Assembly: GCA_001941225.1 (NCBI GenBank)
Contig: MSHM01000005.1
Coordinates: 106,491 to 170,490 of the forward strand
From: Oscillospiraceae bacterium Zagget12
GTDB lineage: Bacteria; Bacillota; Clostridia; UBA1381
Direction: 5' to 3'
DNA length: 64,000 nt
This document shows positions 30,616 through 41,267 of the stretch, piece by piece. Position 1 is the stretch's first letter. Each line of letters starts with the position of its first letter. The notes below the pieces were generated by a model. It was not told the DNA's origin. It worked only from the letters and a program-made list of their open reading frames with translations, and did no database searches. Position numbers and translations under genes: made by a program.

Positions 30616-31230
30616 TTAATGGCATACCTTACATGCCTCGCGTCCTTGAGCGAGTGCCTCGTCCAAGGTTATTTGATACTTGTTTCCTCTGAGCGTTCGG
30701 CAATTCTCTTTATGATATTTGGTACCCGTTTCGCCAATCCATACCATTGTCGATTGGGAGGAGGACTGAGCTGCCGCTTTTTTAGCCGCCGCCTCCTCGG
30801 CGGCAACGCGGAGAGCCTCTTCCTTTGCGGCTTTCTTTTCACTAAGCTCCGTCTGCTTTTGCTGCGTGTCGGTATCCAAAGCGGCTATATCCGTATTTAG
30901 CTGAGAAATTGTGCTTGTATATTCCGATTTCTTTTCATCGTATTCCCGCATTGCAGTTTGAACGGACTCCTTTTCCGCCAACTCGCCGTCAAGCTCCGAC
31001 TTATTATTTGAAAGAAGTTCAATTTCCTGCTCGGCATCGGAGTTTAGTTGCTCAATATCCTCAACAGCCGTTTGCAGCTCGGATTCGACCGAATTATTCA
31101 GACTTTGCGCACTGCCTGCGCCGTATGCCGATAACGATAATACAAAAGCGGCAATCAAAGTAACGACGATAACTTTAACGCTCGGCGTTATTTCTTTAGA
31201 CATAAACTTTTTCATAAAATCCATCATCAT
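30616..31230 (-). CDS. Membrane-anchored coiled-coil protein with C-terminal His/Cys metal-binding mini-domain
   Basis: GGAGG RBS before ATG 31230; one TM; heptad region; tail VWIGETGTKYHKENCRTL...EALAQGREACKVCH. Confidence 0.75.
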   Translation of the reverse strand: MMMDFMKKFMSKEITPSVKVIVVTLIAAFVLSLSAYGAGSAQSLNNSVESELQTAVEDIEQLNSDAEQEIELLSNNKSELDGELAEKESVQTAMREYDEKKSEYTSTISQLNTDIAALDTDTQQKQTELSEKKAAKEEALRVAAEEAAAKKAAAQSSSQSTMVWIGETGTKYHKENCRTLRGNKYQITLDEALAQGREACKVCH

Positions 31231-31243
31231 ATTACCCTCCGCG

Positions 31244-31678
31244 TCAATATTGCGATAATTCGTTTTCAATGTCGTTCAAGGTCTGTTCCTTTTCCGATTT
31301 TTGAGCCGTAAGGCTGCTCACTTGGTCTGAAAGTCCTTGAATTTCCGCGTTATAAGACTCCTGCTTTGACTCAAAGTCGGTAATGGTGTCTATTTGCGCC
31401 TGAATATCGGCAATTTCCGTATTCAGCGTTTCGATTTGCGCGGTGTAATCTGCATATAATATTTCCGCGTCGGTCAGCTCGCTGAAGGAGGCTCTTTTTT
31501 CATTAAAGGTTTTCTCAATATACGCGTCGTCGTGCTTTTTTGAAATTCCGCATATGTACGCCGTCACAACTATAGCAGCCAAAACAACATAGAAAATCGC
31601 TATAATATACGCTTTCACTTTTGGAATTTGTCTTGCGGCTGTAGGTGTTTGCTCTTGAGTTTTTACATCATTTTCCAT
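31244..31678 (-). CDS. Single-TM coiled-coil hypothetical protein
   Basis: GGAG RBS; TM IIAIFYVVLAAIVVTAYI followed by acidic heptad repeats. Confidence 0.7.
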   Translation of the reverse strand: MENDVKTQEQTPTAARQIPKVKAYIIAIFYVVLAAIVVTAYICGISKKHDDAYIEKTFNEKRASFSELTDAEILYADYTAQIETLNTEIADIQAQIDTITDFESKQESYNAEIQGLSDQVSSLTAQKSEKEQTLNDIENELSQY

Positions 31679-31712
31679 TTTAAATCTCCATATTTTTCAT
31701 ATTAATATGTAC

Positions 31713-31741
31713 ATTATATATTTTAGCGTTAAAAAAGTCAA
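31713..31741 (-). promoter_or_regulatory. sigma-A-type promoter of the coiled-coil pair
   Basis: Minus strand TTGACT, 17 bp, TATAAT. Confidence 0.7.
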
Positions 31742-31921
31742 GCTCACGATATATTCAAAATGCCGAAAATGCGACATTGTTTTTGCGCAAAATTAACAAA
31801 ATTAAACAATGTACTTTATTTTTTCCGCAATATGTAGTAAAATATAATTTGTAGCGTTGTATAACAGTAGTCTGTAAAACACAGAAAGGCAAAATTAGGT
31901 AAAAAGGAAGGACGAATAAAA

Positions 31922-33505
31922 ATGGAACAAAATTTACAACAAACGCAAATTGTTACAATTATCGCGCTTGTCATATTTGCCGCAATTATGGTGACGATAG
32001 GCATATTAAGCGCGAGAAAAACCAAAACGATGGACGGATTTCTGCTTGGCAGCAGAAAAATAGGCGCGTGGGTAAGCGCCTTTGCATACGGTACATCGTA
32101 TTTTTCTGCGGTTATTTTTGTCGGCTATGCCGGACAGCATGGCTGGAATATAGGTTTGGGAAGTATTTGGATAGGCGTGGGAAATGCCGTGTTCGGCTGT
32201 ATGCTCGCGTGGAAACTGCTTGCAAAGCGCACGCGAACTATGACTCATACCTTGAGCGCAAAAACAATGCCCGAATTTTTCGAGGGACGTTTTGATTCAA
32301 CAAAAATGAAAATGTTTGCCGCAATAATAATTTTTGTATTCCTTGTGCCCTACAGCGCGGCTGTATACAAGGGCTTGGGTTCTATGTTCACAACAATTTT
32401 CCCGACGGTATCGGTTAATACCTGGATGCTTGTCATTGCCGTGCTTACGGCGGTTTATCTGGTGCTTGGCGGATATGTCGCTACGGCGTATACCGACTTT
32501 GTACAGGGTATAATAATGATAGTCGGAGTATTTGCTATGGTTATAGCCATTGTGAGAAATCCGGCGGTCGGCGGTTTCGGAGAATTTTTCAATAATCTAA
32601 AAGGCGTCGCTGATAACGGCGACGGAATTACCGGCGCTCAGCTTACAAGCATATGGGGCGGCAGCAGCTGGAAATTCCTTTGCGTAAATATCCTGCTTAC
32701 AAGTTTCGGAACGTGGGGACTTCCTCAAATGGTCAGCAAATATTATGCCATAAAGGATACAAAGTCCATAAAAAAAGCGACCGTTATTTCCACAGGTTTC
32801 GCGCTGATTATAGGCGCGGGAGCGTACTTTGTCGGCTCGCTTTCAAGACTTATCCTCGGCAATCAGCTCCCGGAGGGCGGTGTTGACTCGGTTATCCCGA
32901 ACACGCTCTTGACCGCCTTGGGCGATCCGAACATTATCACAACAATAATTCTCGCAATAATACTTATACTTCTTCTGTCGGCGTCGATGTCAACGCTTTC
33001 ATCTATAGTGCTTTCGTCATCGTCGGCTATATCCGTGGATCTTATACCGTCGGTTAAGAAGAATTACAGCGGAAAAAATCAGATGATACTTACAAGAGTG
33101 CTGTGCCTGCTGTTTGTGGCGCTTTCGTACATATTCGCCACCGGAAACATCACTATTATAGTTAATATAATGTCATTCAGCTGGGGCATCGTTTCCGGCT
33201 GCTTTATCGGTCCTTACATATGGGGAATTTACTCAAAGAAAACGACAAAAGCGGGCGCATGGGCAGGTATGATACTCGGCTTTGCCACTATTGCGGTTTC
33301 CACAATAGTGCTTACGGCAATGAACGCCGGCAGCAGCGAAACACTGTACGTCGCATTTCAAACGGCGGCTAAGAAAGCGCCGGAAATGGGCGTTGCGGCT
33401 ATGGCAGTTTCACTGCTTGCGGTGCCGATTGTGTCAAAGTTTACAAAGAAATATGATAATAAATTCCTCGACGGCGTTTTTGCGGTAACACCTGAGGAAG
33501 ACTAA
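31922..33505 (+). CDS. Sodium:solute symporter (SSS/PutP-PanF family)
   Basis: Many TM segments; FLLGSRKIGAW, SAVIFVGYAG, AYTDFVQG, LSASMSTLSS. Confidence 0.92.
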   Translation: MEQNLQQTQIVTIIALVIFAAIMVTIGILSARKTKTMDGFLLGSRKIGAWVSAFAYGTSYFSAVIFVGYAGQHGWNIGLGSIWIGVGNAVFGCMLAWKLLAKRTRTMTHTLSAKTMPEFFEGRFDSTKMKMFAAIIIFVFLVPYSAAVYKGLGSMFTTIFPTVSVNTWMLVIAVLTAVYLVLGGYVATAYTDFVQGIIMIVGVFAMVIAIVRNPAVGGFGEFFNNLKGVADNGDGITGAQLTSIWGGSSWKFLCVNILLTSFGTWGLPQMVSKYYAIKDTKSIKKATVISTGFALIIGAGAYFVGSLSRLILGNQLPEGGVDSVIPNTLLTALGDPNIITTIILAIILILLLSASMSTLSSIVLSSSSAISVDLIPSVKKNYSGKNQMILTRVLCLLFVALSYIFATGNITIIVNIMSFSWGIVSGCFIGPYIWGIYSKKTTKAGAWAGMILGFATIAVSTIVLTAMNAGSSETLYVAFQTAAKKAPEMGVAAMAVSLLAVPIVSKFTKKYDNKFLDGVFAVTPEED

Positions 33506-33529
33506 ATAGGAGATAGGAGATAATTAAAA

Positions 33530-35164
33530 ATGCCGATTACTGAACTACTGGAAAGAAACGCGCAAATGTACGGAGATGAAATCAGTCTTGTTGAAATAAA
33601 TCCCAAAGCGATGGAACACGCCAAGGTTACGTGGAGAGAATACGCGCTTATCGAGGCGAATCCTATGGAGGCGGGACGCACGGAAATTACATGGAGGGAA
33701 TTTGACAAGAGAGCCAACAGATTCGCGAATTTGCTTTTGAGCCGAGGAATTAAAAAGGGCGATAAGGTCGCTATACTCCTTATGAACTGCCTTGAATGGC
33801 TGCCGATATACTTCGGAGCCTTAAAGGCGGGAGCGGTTGCGGTGCCTTTGAATTACCGTTATACCGCGGAGGAAATCAAGTATTGCCTTGAGCTTTCCGA
33901 GGCGGACGTGCTTGTATTCGGACCAGAATTTATAGGCAGAGTGGAGGAGATATGCGACAGAATACCGGGCGTAAAGCAGTCGTTTTACGTCGGAGCGGAA
34001 TGTCCCACCTTTGCGGAAAGCTATGATTATCTTGTAAAATTTATGCGCTCGATTAAGCCGGATATGGACATAACCGATGACGATTATGCGGCGATATATT
34101 TTTCATCGGGAACAACGGGTTTCCCGAAAGCGATACTTCATGCGCACAGAAGTCTTGTTCATTCGGCGAAGGTTGAGCAGAACCACCACGGACAAACCCA
34201 TAACGATGTATTTTTGTGTATACCGCCGCTTTATCACACCGGCGCAAAAATGCACTGGTTCGGAAGTCTTATTTCGGGCGGAAAGGCAGTGCTTTTAAAG
34301 GGTATAAAGCCGGAGTGGATTTTGCAGGCGGTATCCGAGGAGGAATGTACGATAGTATGGCTGCTTGTGCCGTGGGCGCAGGATATACTGGACGCGATTG
34401 AACGCGGCGATATAGAGCTTGACAAGTACAAGCTCGATCAGTGGCGCCTTATGCACATAGGCGCGCAGCCGGTGCCGCCGAGCCTTATAAAGCGTTGGAA
34501 AAAATATTTCCCGAATCACTCTTATGACACAAATTACGGCTTGAGCGAGTCTATAGGACCGGGCTGCGTGCATCTCGGCGTGGAGAATATACATAAGGTC
34601 GGAGCAATCGGTATACCGGGCTACGGCTGGGAAACAAAAATAATAGACAAGAGCGGAAATATAGTAAAGCGCGGCGAGGTCGGCGAGCTTTGCGTAAAGG
34701 GTCCCGGAGTTATGCTCTGTTACTACAACGACCCGAAATCCACCGAGGAGGTACTCAAAGACGGCTGGCTGCTTACCGGAGATGTCGCGCAGGAGGACGA
34801 GGACGGATTTATATACCTTGTTGACCGCGCTAAGGACGTAATCATATCCGGCGGCGAGAATCTGTATCCGGTGCAGATAGAGGACTTTTTGAGAAAGCAC
34901 GATGCCGTAAAGGACGTTGCTGTAATCGGACTTCCGGACGTCAGACTGGGCGAAATCGCGGCGGCGATTATCGAAATCAAAGAGGGATTTGCCTGCACAG
35001 AGGAAGAAATAAACGATTTTTGCAAGGGTCTGCCGAGATATAAAAGACCTCATAAGATTATATTTGCCGATGTGCCGAGAAATCCCACCGGCAAGATTGA
35101 AAAGCCGAAACTGAGGGAAATCTACTGCGGCGAAAGTGTTGTCGCGAAACAGATTAAAAACTAA
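33530..35164 (+). CDS. Acyl-CoA synthetase / AMP-binding ligase
   Basis: FSSGTTGFPK, YGLSE, GWLLTGD, DRAKDVIISGGEN, PTGKI. Confidence 0.93.
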   Translation: MPITELLERNAQMYGDEISLVEINPKAMEHAKVTWREYALIEANPMEAGRTEITWREFDKRANRFANLLLSRGIKKGDKVAILLMNCLEWLPIYFGALKAGAVAVPLNYRYTAEEIKYCLELSEADVLVFGPEFIGRVEEICDRIPGVKQSFYVGAECPTFAESYDYLVKFMRSIKPDMDITDDDYAAIYFSSGTTGFPKAILHAHRSLVHSAKVEQNHHGQTHNDVFLCIPPLYHTGAKMHWFGSLISGGKAVLLKGIKPEWILQAVSEEECTIVWLLVPWAQDILDAIERGDIELDKYKLDQWRLMHIGAQPVPPSLIKRWKKYFPNHSYDTNYGLSESIGPGCVHLGVENIHKVGAIGIPGYGWETKIIDKSGNIVKRGEVGELCVKGPGVMLCYYNDPKSTEEVLKDGWLLTGDVAQEDEDGFIYLVDRAKDVIISGGENLYPVQIEDFLRKHDAVKDVAVIGLPDVRLGEIAAAIIEIKEGFACTEEEINDFCKGLPRYKRPHKIIFADVPRNPTGKIEKPKLREIYCGESVVAKQIKN

Positions 35165-35170
35165 AATTTA

Positions 35171-35212
35171 AGCGCTCCTTTATGTGAAAAATCACATCTG
35201 GGAGCGCTTTTT
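35171..35212 (+). terminator. Intrinsic terminator
   Basis: AGCGCTCC..ATGTGA/TCACAT..GGAGCGCT followed by Ts. Confidence 0.7.
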
Positions 35213-35254
35213 CACGTTATCAAAAAAATAATTACAGTTTTTTCGGTTAATACC

Positions 35255-35283
35255 TTGATTTTTTTAACAAAATATATTAGAAT
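35255..35283 (+). promoter_or_regulatory. sigma-A-type promoter of efp
   Basis: TTGATT, 17 bp, TAGAAT. Confidence 0.6.
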
Positions 35284-35325
35284 ATATATTGAAATAAATC
35301 ACAAAAGATTCAGGAGGATTAATTT

Positions 35326-35886
35326 ATGATTACAGCCGGTGAATTTAGAAACGGAAGAACCTTTGAGCATGAGGGAAACGTGTACCAGATTGTGGAATTT
35401 CAGCACGTTAAGCCGGGCAAGGGCGCAGCGTTTGTAAGAACAAAGCTAAAGAACATAATCAGCGGCGGCGTGGTTGAAAAAACCTTTAGACCGACCGAGA
35501 AATTTGAAGAGGCTCATATAGACAGAAAGGATATGGCATACTCATACGGAGATGATGATTTTTATCATTTTATGGATAACGAAACCTTTGATATGCTTGA
35601 CATTGCAAAGTCTGAAATAGAAGAGCAAATGAAATTTGTAAAGGAAAACGATGTATGTAAGGTAATGTCATACAAGGGCAACGTATTCGGTGTTGAGCCT
35701 CCTACGTTTGTTGAGCTTGAAATCACCGAAACAGAGCCGGGCTTTGCGGGCAATACATCAACCAATGCGACCAAACCCGCTACGCTTGAAACAGGCGCGA
35801 CAATCCAGGTTCCGCTGTTTGTTGATGTCAACGAGATAATCAGAGTTGACACAAGAACAGGCGAATATATGGAAAGAGTAAAATAA
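35326..35886 (+). CDS. efp: Elongation factor P
   Basis: [32 protein letters not shown]. Confidence 0.98.
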   Translation: MITAGEFRNGRTFEHEGNVYQIVEFQHVKPGKGAAFVRTKLKNIISGGVVEKTFRPTEKFEEAHIDRKDMAYSYGDDDFYHFMDNETFDMLDIAKSEIEEQMKFVKENDVCKVMSYKGNVFGVEPPTFVELEITETEPGFAGNTSTNATKPATLETGATIQVPLFVDVNEIIRVDTRTGEYMERVK

Positions 35887-35914
35887 GTAACCGACCTACA
35901 GAAAGGGCAGAATT

Positions 35915-36388
35915 ATGGAAGATTTAATTAAGAAGGTTTCATATCTTAAGGGTTACGCCGACGGACTTGATATAAGCCCGAAAAGCGATGAGGGTAAGCT
36001 TATCATAAAGCTGCTTGACGTTATGTCCGAAATGGCTGAGGCTATCGTGGATTTAACCGAAAGTGTTGGCGATATTGACGAAGTTGTTGAAGAACTTGAC
36101 GAGTGCGTCTTTACCATTGCCGATGATTTGTACGGCGATGATTATGACGAAGATGATTATGACGACGATGACGATGATTTCTTCGATGATTATGAGGACG
36201 ACGATTACAGCGGCGACGGCGATGATTATTTTGAAATCCAGTGTCCCAACTGCGGCGAGGACGTTATGATTGACTTTGGTATGATAGACGATGATAACGC
36301 CATTGTGTGTCCTAATTGCCACGAGGAAATCGAGCTTGAGTTTGATTGCGACTGCGACGATGACGATTGCGGACATAACCACGAATAA
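35915..36388 (+). CDS. CD1247-like N-terminal domain protein with acidic tract and zinc ribbon
   Basis: KVSYLKGYADGL N-terminus, Asp-rich linker, CPNC...CPNC; usual neighbour of efp in Clostridia. Confidence 0.8.
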   Translation: MEDLIKKVSYLKGYADGLDISPKSDEGKLIIKLLDVMSEMAEAIVDLTESVGDIDEVVEELDECVFTIADDLYGDDYDEDDYDDDDDDFFDDYEDDDYSGDGDDYFEIQCPNCGEDVMIDFGMIDDDNAIVCPNCHEEIELEFDCDCDDDDCGHNHE

Positions 36389-36411
36389 TTAAACAGACCG
36401 TAACAGGTCGG

Positions 36412-36435
36412 AAAGGGACTTAAAGTCCCTTTTTT
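36412..36435 (+). terminator. Intrinsic terminator
   Basis: AAAGGGACT-TAA-AGTCCCTTTTTT. Confidence 0.7.
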
Positions 36436-36450
36436 AATGCGGAGGAAATT

Positions 36451-37548
36451 ATGAAAGGACTTTATATTCACATACCGTTCTGCAAGCGCAAGTGCGCCTA
36501 TTGCGACTTTGTATCATATTCGGGTATGGAGCATCTTGCGGATAAATATATCGGCGCGCTTGCCGCGGAGGCGGAGGAGTACAGAGGAGAAACGATTGAC
36601 AGCATATTTGTCGGAGGAGGTACTCCGTCGCTGCTGTCGGCGGCGCAGATAGACAAAATAACGCGTATTTGCACGGATACGTTTAATATATCGCCCGATT
36701 GCGAGTTTACGTTTGAGGCAAACCCGGGCACGCTCGACGATGATAAATTAAAGGCTATGCTTAGCGGCGGTGTGAACCGCATAAGCGTGGGAGTGCAGTC
36801 CTTTAACGACGGTGAATTAAGGAAAATAGGCAGAATACACGACGCCCAAACGGCATATAATACAATTTGTCATATCAAGGAAACGGGATTTTCAAATATA
36901 AATATCGACCTGATGACCGCGCTGCCCTGTCAGAGTATGCAAAGCCTAAAAAAAACGCTTGACACTGCGGTTTCACTGCCGGTTACGCATATATCGGCGT
37001 ACAGCCTCATAGTTGAGGACGGGACTCCGCTTGAAAGGGAATATTCACAGGGAAAGCTGATTTTGCCCGATGAGGACACCGACAGAGAAATGTATGAGTA
37101 CACGGTGGATTTTTTGCGTGAAAACGGGTTTAAGCAATATGAAATATCTAATTTTGCCCGCGAGGGTATGGAGTGCCGCCATAATGTAAAATACTGGATA
37201 GGCGAAGAATATATCGGTCTTGGAGCGGCGGCACATTCATATATGGGCAGCACGAGATTTTTTAACACTTCCGATATAGAATCTTATATAAGCGGCGCGC
37301 CGAGGGAGGTGACCGCACTGACAAGAAAGGATAAAATATCGGAATTTATGATTACGGGACTTCGTATGATGAAGGGCGTAAGCGAAAAGGAATTTTCCCG
37401 CCGGTTCGGCGAGGATATAAGCGCGGTATTCGGCGCGGAGCTTGAAAAATTTATCAATCTAAAGCTTATGAAGTATGACGGGGAAAGCTACAGTCTTACG
37501 CCAATGGGTATAAATGTTTCCAACTCCGTTTTATGCGAATTTGTGTAA
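36451..37548 (+). CDS. hemW: Radical SAM heme chaperone HemW (HemN-like)
   Basis: YIHIPFCKRKCAYCDF, GGGTPS, YEISNF, HNVKYW; conserved position upstream of hrcA. Confidence 0.93.
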   Translation: MKGLYIHIPFCKRKCAYCDFVSYSGMEHLADKYIGALAAEAEEYRGETIDSIFVGGGTPSLLSAAQIDKITRICTDTFNISPDCEFTFEANPGTLDDDKLKAMLSGGVNRISVGVQSFNDGELRKIGRIHDAQTAYNTICHIKETGFSNINIDLMTALPCQSMQSLKKTLDTAVSLPVTHISAYSLIVEDGTPLEREYSQGKLILPDEDTDREMYEYTVDFLRENGFKQYEISNFAREGMECRHNVKYWIGEEYIGLGAAAHSYMGSTRFFNTSDIESYISGAPREVTALTRKDKISEFMITGLRMMKGVSEKEFSRRFGEDISAVFGAELEKFINLKLMKYDGESYSLTPMGINVSNSVLCEFV

Positions 37549-37583
37549 ATTGTTAATAAATTGTGAAAACTTAAATGAAATAC

Positions 37584-37612
37584 TTGACAATGGGGTATAA
37601 TAGTGGTATCTT
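37584..37612 (+). promoter_or_regulatory. sigma-A promoter of the hrcA-grpE-dnaK operon
   Basis: TTGACA, 17 bp, TATCTT with extended -10 TG, just upstream of CIRCE. Confidence 0.75.
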
Positions 37613-37619
37613 GTAGTTG

Positions 37620-37646
37620 TTAGCACTCGATAAGTGCGAGTGCTAA
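37620..37646. promoter_or_regulatory. CIRCE operator (HrcA binding site)
   Basis: Perfect TTAGCACTC-N9-GAGTGCTAA. Confidence 0.98.
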
Positions 37647-37688
37647 CAAGAAAATGCTTATATAGATAAAGGAAAGGAATGCTTGTAT

Positions 37689-38726
37689 ATGGATTTAAGC
37701 GACAGAAAAAGAAAAATCCTTCAGGCGATTATTGATGAATATATAGGCACTGCCGAGCCGGTAGGCTCGAGAGCCATTTCCAAAAAAGAAAATTTGGGAC
37801 TTTCCAGCGCGACCATAAGAAATGAAATGGCGGATTTGGAGGAAATGGGTTACCTTATACAGCCGCATACATCGTCGGGACGAGTGCCGTCGGACGAGGG
37901 ATACAGATTTTATGTAAACTCACTTATGCGGAAATATCAAATCGGTATGGAGGCCGTGGCGCAGCTGCAAAGTATGCTGGTGGCAAGAGTCAGCCAGCTT
38001 GAAAAGCTGATAAGATATGCCGGAGCGATAGCGTCAAGCCTGACGGAGTATACAACGGTTGTTACCGCGCCCAAGGAGCAAAACGGAAAAATAAAAAAGA
38101 TTGACCTTGTTATGATAGCAAGCCGCACGGTAATGCTCATTGTGGTTACGAGAACCGTAAGAAGTCAGGTTATGAATATAGACATCGACGATGAAAACTG
38201 CGCAAAGCTTGCGGAAATTCTCAATAAAAATCTTTCGGGGCTTATGGCGGACGATATATCCTTTGAAAAGATTCAGGATATTCAGAAAGAGGTGGAGCAT
38301 AGGCTTTCACTTCACCCCAAGGCGCTTATAGATATTATGCACTTCGTTTATGACACGATAACGGAGGACAGCGAAACCGAGATTTATGTCAATAACGCCA
38401 GGTCAATATTGAAGTATCCCGAATACAGCGATGTTGAAAAAGCCGAACGAATTTTCTCATTTTTGGAGGATAAGGAAAATCTGAAAAAGCTTGTGGAATC
38501 GGTAAGCGGCGACAGCATCGAGGCTAAAATAGGAAAGGAAAATGATTTTGAAATATTGCAGGATTGTTCAACCGTAAGTATGAATTATTCGCTGGGTGAC
38601 AGAGCGTCGGGCAAAATCGCCGTAATCGGACCCAAGCGAATGAATTATGCCAAGGTTTTTGCAAGTCTTGATCTTATTTCAAATGAAATAGATAAAATTT
38701 TGGGCTATTATATGAATGGCGAATGA
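37689..38726 (+). CDS. hrcA: Heat-inducible transcription repressor HrcA
   Basis: AEPVGSR, SSATIRNEMADLE, QPHTSSGRVPSDEGYRFYV, IGPKRMNY. Confidence 0.97.
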   Translation: MDLSDRKRKILQAIIDEYIGTAEPVGSRAISKKENLGLSSATIRNEMADLEEMGYLIQPHTSSGRVPSDEGYRFYVNSLMRKYQIGMEAVAQLQSMLVARVSQLEKLIRYAGAIASSLTEYTTVVTAPKEQNGKIKKIDLVMIASRTVMLIVVTRTVRSQVMNIDIDDENCAKLAEILNKNLSGLMADDISFEKIQDIQKEVEHRLSLHPKALIDIMHFVYDTITEDSETEIYVNNARSILKYPEYSDVEKAERIFSFLEDKENLKKLVESVSGDSIEAKIGKENDFEILQDCSTVSMNYSLGDRASGKIAVIGPKRMNYAKVFASLDLISNEIDKILGYYMNGE

Positions 38727-38757
38727 CTTAATAGCGAATAAGGAAAGGGGCAATAAG

Positions 38758-39288
38758 ATGGCGAAGAATAAAGAAGAAATAAATGAAAAGGAAGAGCAGG
38801 ATAACACTTCGGAAACGGAGGAAAAAGCCGAGGAAAAGTCGGGCGAGGAAATCCTTGAGGAAAAGCTGAAGGAGCAGACGGATAAATATATGAGGCTGTA
38901 CGCCGAATTTGATAATTTCCAAAAACGCTCTCAGCGCGAAAAGGATATGCGCTACGGCGACGCGGTAATAGACGCGGTAGGCTCTATACTTCCGATAGGC
39001 GATAATCTTGAAAGAGCGCTCGCAACGGAGGTGCAGTCCGAGGACGGAGTGAAGATGAAAGAGGGAGTTGAAATGGTTTTAAAGCAGTTCAAGGAAACTC
39101 TCACAAAGCTCGGCGTATCGGAAATAAAGGCGGAGGGCGAGCAATTCGACCCGAATATTCATAACGCCGTTATGCACATTGAAGACGAAACAATAGACGA
39201 CAACACCGTCGTCGAGGACCTTATGAAAGGCTACATATACAAGGACGGCCGAGTAATAAGACATAGTATGGTAAAGGTTGCAAATTAA
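38758..39288 (+). CDS. grpE: Nucleotide exchange factor GrpE
   Basis: RLYAEFDNFQKR, DNLERAL, FDPNIHNAV, KGY...RVIRHSMVKV. Confidence 0.96.
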   Translation: MAKNKEEINEKEEQDNTSETEEKAEEKSGEEILEEKLKEQTDKYMRLYAEFDNFQKRSQREKDMRYGDAVIDAVGSILPIGDNLERALATEVQSEDGVKMKEGVEMVLKQFKETLTKLGVSEIKAEGEQFDPNIHNAVMHIEDETIDDNTVVEDLMKGYIYKDGRVIRHSMVKVAN

Positions 39289-39323
39289 ATTTTTTTGATG
39301 AAAAATTAAGGAGGAAATAAATC

Positions 39324-41156
39324 ATGGGAAAAATTATAGGTATTGACTTAGGTACAACAAACAGCTGCGTTGCGGTTATGGAGGGCGGAAATCCCAACGT
39401 AATCACAAACAGCGAGGGCGCGAGAACAACTCCGTCGGTCGTAGCTTTCCAGAAGGACGGTGAAAGAATTGTAGGTCAGGTGGCAAAGCGCCAAGCTGTA
39501 ACAAATGCCGACAGAACAATTATGTCAATAAAGAGAAAGATGGGCACAACCGAAAAGGTTACAATAGACGGCAAGGCATACACACCGCAGGAAATATCCG
39601 CGATGATTCTTTCAAAGCTTAAGCAGGACGCGGAAAGCTACCTCGGCGAAACCGTTTCTCAGGCGGTTATCACGGTTCCGGCATACTTCAACGACTCTCA
39701 GCGTCAGGCTACAAAGGACGCGGGTAAAATTGCAGGTCTTGAGGTTTTGAGAATTATAAACGAGCCTACGGCGGCGGCTCTTGCTTACGGTATGAGCGAC
39801 AAGGATCAGACAATAATGGTATACGACCTCGGCGGCGGTACATTTGATGTGTCGATTCTTGAAATCGGCGACGGCGTATTTGAGGTTCTTTCAACAAACG
39901 GCGACACGCATTTGGGCGGCGACGATTTTGACCAGAGAATTATAGATTTCCTTGTATCGGAATTCAAAAATAGCGACGGCGTAGACCTTTCCGGTGATAA
40001 GATGGCTATGCAGAGATTAAAAGAGGCGGCTGAAAAGTCAAAGATTGAGCTTTCAACAACCACAACTTCAAACATCAATCTTCCGTTCATTACAGCGGAC
40101 GCATCGGGTCCCAAGCATATGGATATAACGCTTACAAAGGCTAAGTTTGACGAATTGACTTCCGACCTTGTTGACAGAACTCTTACCTGTATCAGGAACG
40201 CAATGAGAGATGCCGACGTAAGCGCGTCAAAAATTGACGAGGTACTTCTTGTCGGAGGTTCTTCAAGAATTCCCGCCGTGCAGGACGCGGTAAAGAAGGA
40301 AATGGGCAAGGAGCCGCATAAGGGAATTAACCCGGACGAGTGTGTTGCCGTAGGCGCGGCAAGACAGGCGGGCGTGCTCGGCGGCGAGGAAACGGGCGTA
40401 CTTCTTCTTGATGTTACTCCGCTTTCACTCGGTATAGAAACAATGGGCGGCGTATTCACAAAGCTGATTGAAAGAAACACAACAATCCCGACAAACAAGT
40501 CACAGATATTCTCAACGGCGGCTGACGGTCAGACGAGCGTTGAAGTACACGTATTGCAGGGCGAAAGAGAAATGGCTCAATATAACAAGACATTGGGCAG
40601 ATTTAATCTTACAGGCATCGCTCCGGCTCCGAGAGGCGTTCCGCAGATTGAGGTTACATTCGATATTGACGCGAACGGTATCGTAAACGTAAGCGCTAAG
40701 GACCTCGGAACAGGCAACGAGCAGAAAATTACAATTACCGCATCGTCAAATCTTTCCGACGAGGATATTGACAAGGCGGTTAAAGAGGCTGAAAAGTACG
40801 CCGAGGAGGATAAAAAGCGTAAGGAAGAGGTTGAAATCAGAAATAACGCCGAATCGCTTGTATATCAGTGTGAAAAGGCTGTAAAGGACGCCGGCGATAA
40901 GATTGACGATGCCACAAAGTCAATGGTTGAAACCGAGGTTAATAAGGTTAAAGAGGCTTTAAAGGGCACGGACAGCGCGGCTATAAAGGCGGCAACGGAC
41001 GAATTGCAGGAAAAATTCTACTCGGTGGCACAGCAGATGTATCAGCAGGCTAACCCGAACGGCGCGGCGCAGGGCGGCGATCCCAACGCGCAGGCGCAGA
41101 ATGACGATGGCGTTTACGAGGCTGACTATAAGGAAGTAGACAACGATAATCAATAA
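39324..41156 (+). CDS. dnaK: Chaperone DnaK
   Basis: [37 protein letters not shown]. Confidence 0.99.
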   Translation: MGKIIGIDLGTTNSCVAVMEGGNPNVITNSEGARTTPSVVAFQKDGERIVGQVAKRQAVTNADRTIMSIKRKMGTTEKVTIDGKAYTPQEISAMILSKLKQDAESYLGETVSQAVITVPAYFNDSQRQATKDAGKIAGLEVLRIINEPTAAALAYGMSDKDQTIMVYDLGGGTFDVSILEIGDGVFEVLSTNGDTHLGGDDFDQRIIDFLVSEFKNSDGVDLSGDKMAMQRLKEAAEKSKIELSTTTTSNINLPFITADASGPKHMDITLTKAKFDELTSDLVDRTLTCIRNAMRDADVSASKIDEVLLVGGSSRIPAVQDAVKKEMGKEPHKGINPDECVAVGAARQAGVLGGEETGVLLLDVTPLSLGIETMGGVFTKLIERNTTIPTNKSQIFSTAADGQTSVEVHVLQGEREMAQYNKTLGRFNLTGIAPAPRGVPQIEVTFDIDANGIVNVSAKDLGTGNEQKITITASSNLSDEDIDKAVKEAEKYAEEDKKRKEEVEIRNNAESLVYQCEKAVKDAGDKIDDATKSMVETEVNKVKEALKGTDSAAIKAATDELQEKFYSVAQQMYQQANPNGAAQGGDPNAQAQNDDGVYEADYKEVDNDNQ

Positions 41157-41185
41157 TCAAATAAATGCTTTAGTTAAGGACTGAC

Positions 41186-41213
41186 AAAGGGCGGACAAAA
41201 TGTCCGTCCTTTT
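41186..41213 (+). terminator. Terminator between dnaK and dnaJ
   Basis: AAAGGGCGGACA-AAA-TGTCCGTCCTTTT. Confidence 0.75.
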
Positions 41214-41218
41214 AAGGG

Positions 41219-41247
41219 TTTACAAATCGAATAAAGTATAGTATAAT
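41219..41247 (+). promoter_or_regulatory. Internal sigma-A-type promoter for dnaJ-hisD-hisB
   Basis: TTTACA, 17 bp, TATAAT immediately after the dnaK terminator. Confidence 0.7.
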
Positions 41248-41267
41248 ATTTTAGGTAGGTGAAAGAA

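Noticed and set aside
36130-36230. GAT/GAC-rich repeat or CRISPR-like array
   Set aside because: Low-complexity poly-Asp coding tract; no repeat-spacer structure or cas genes anywhere in the window.
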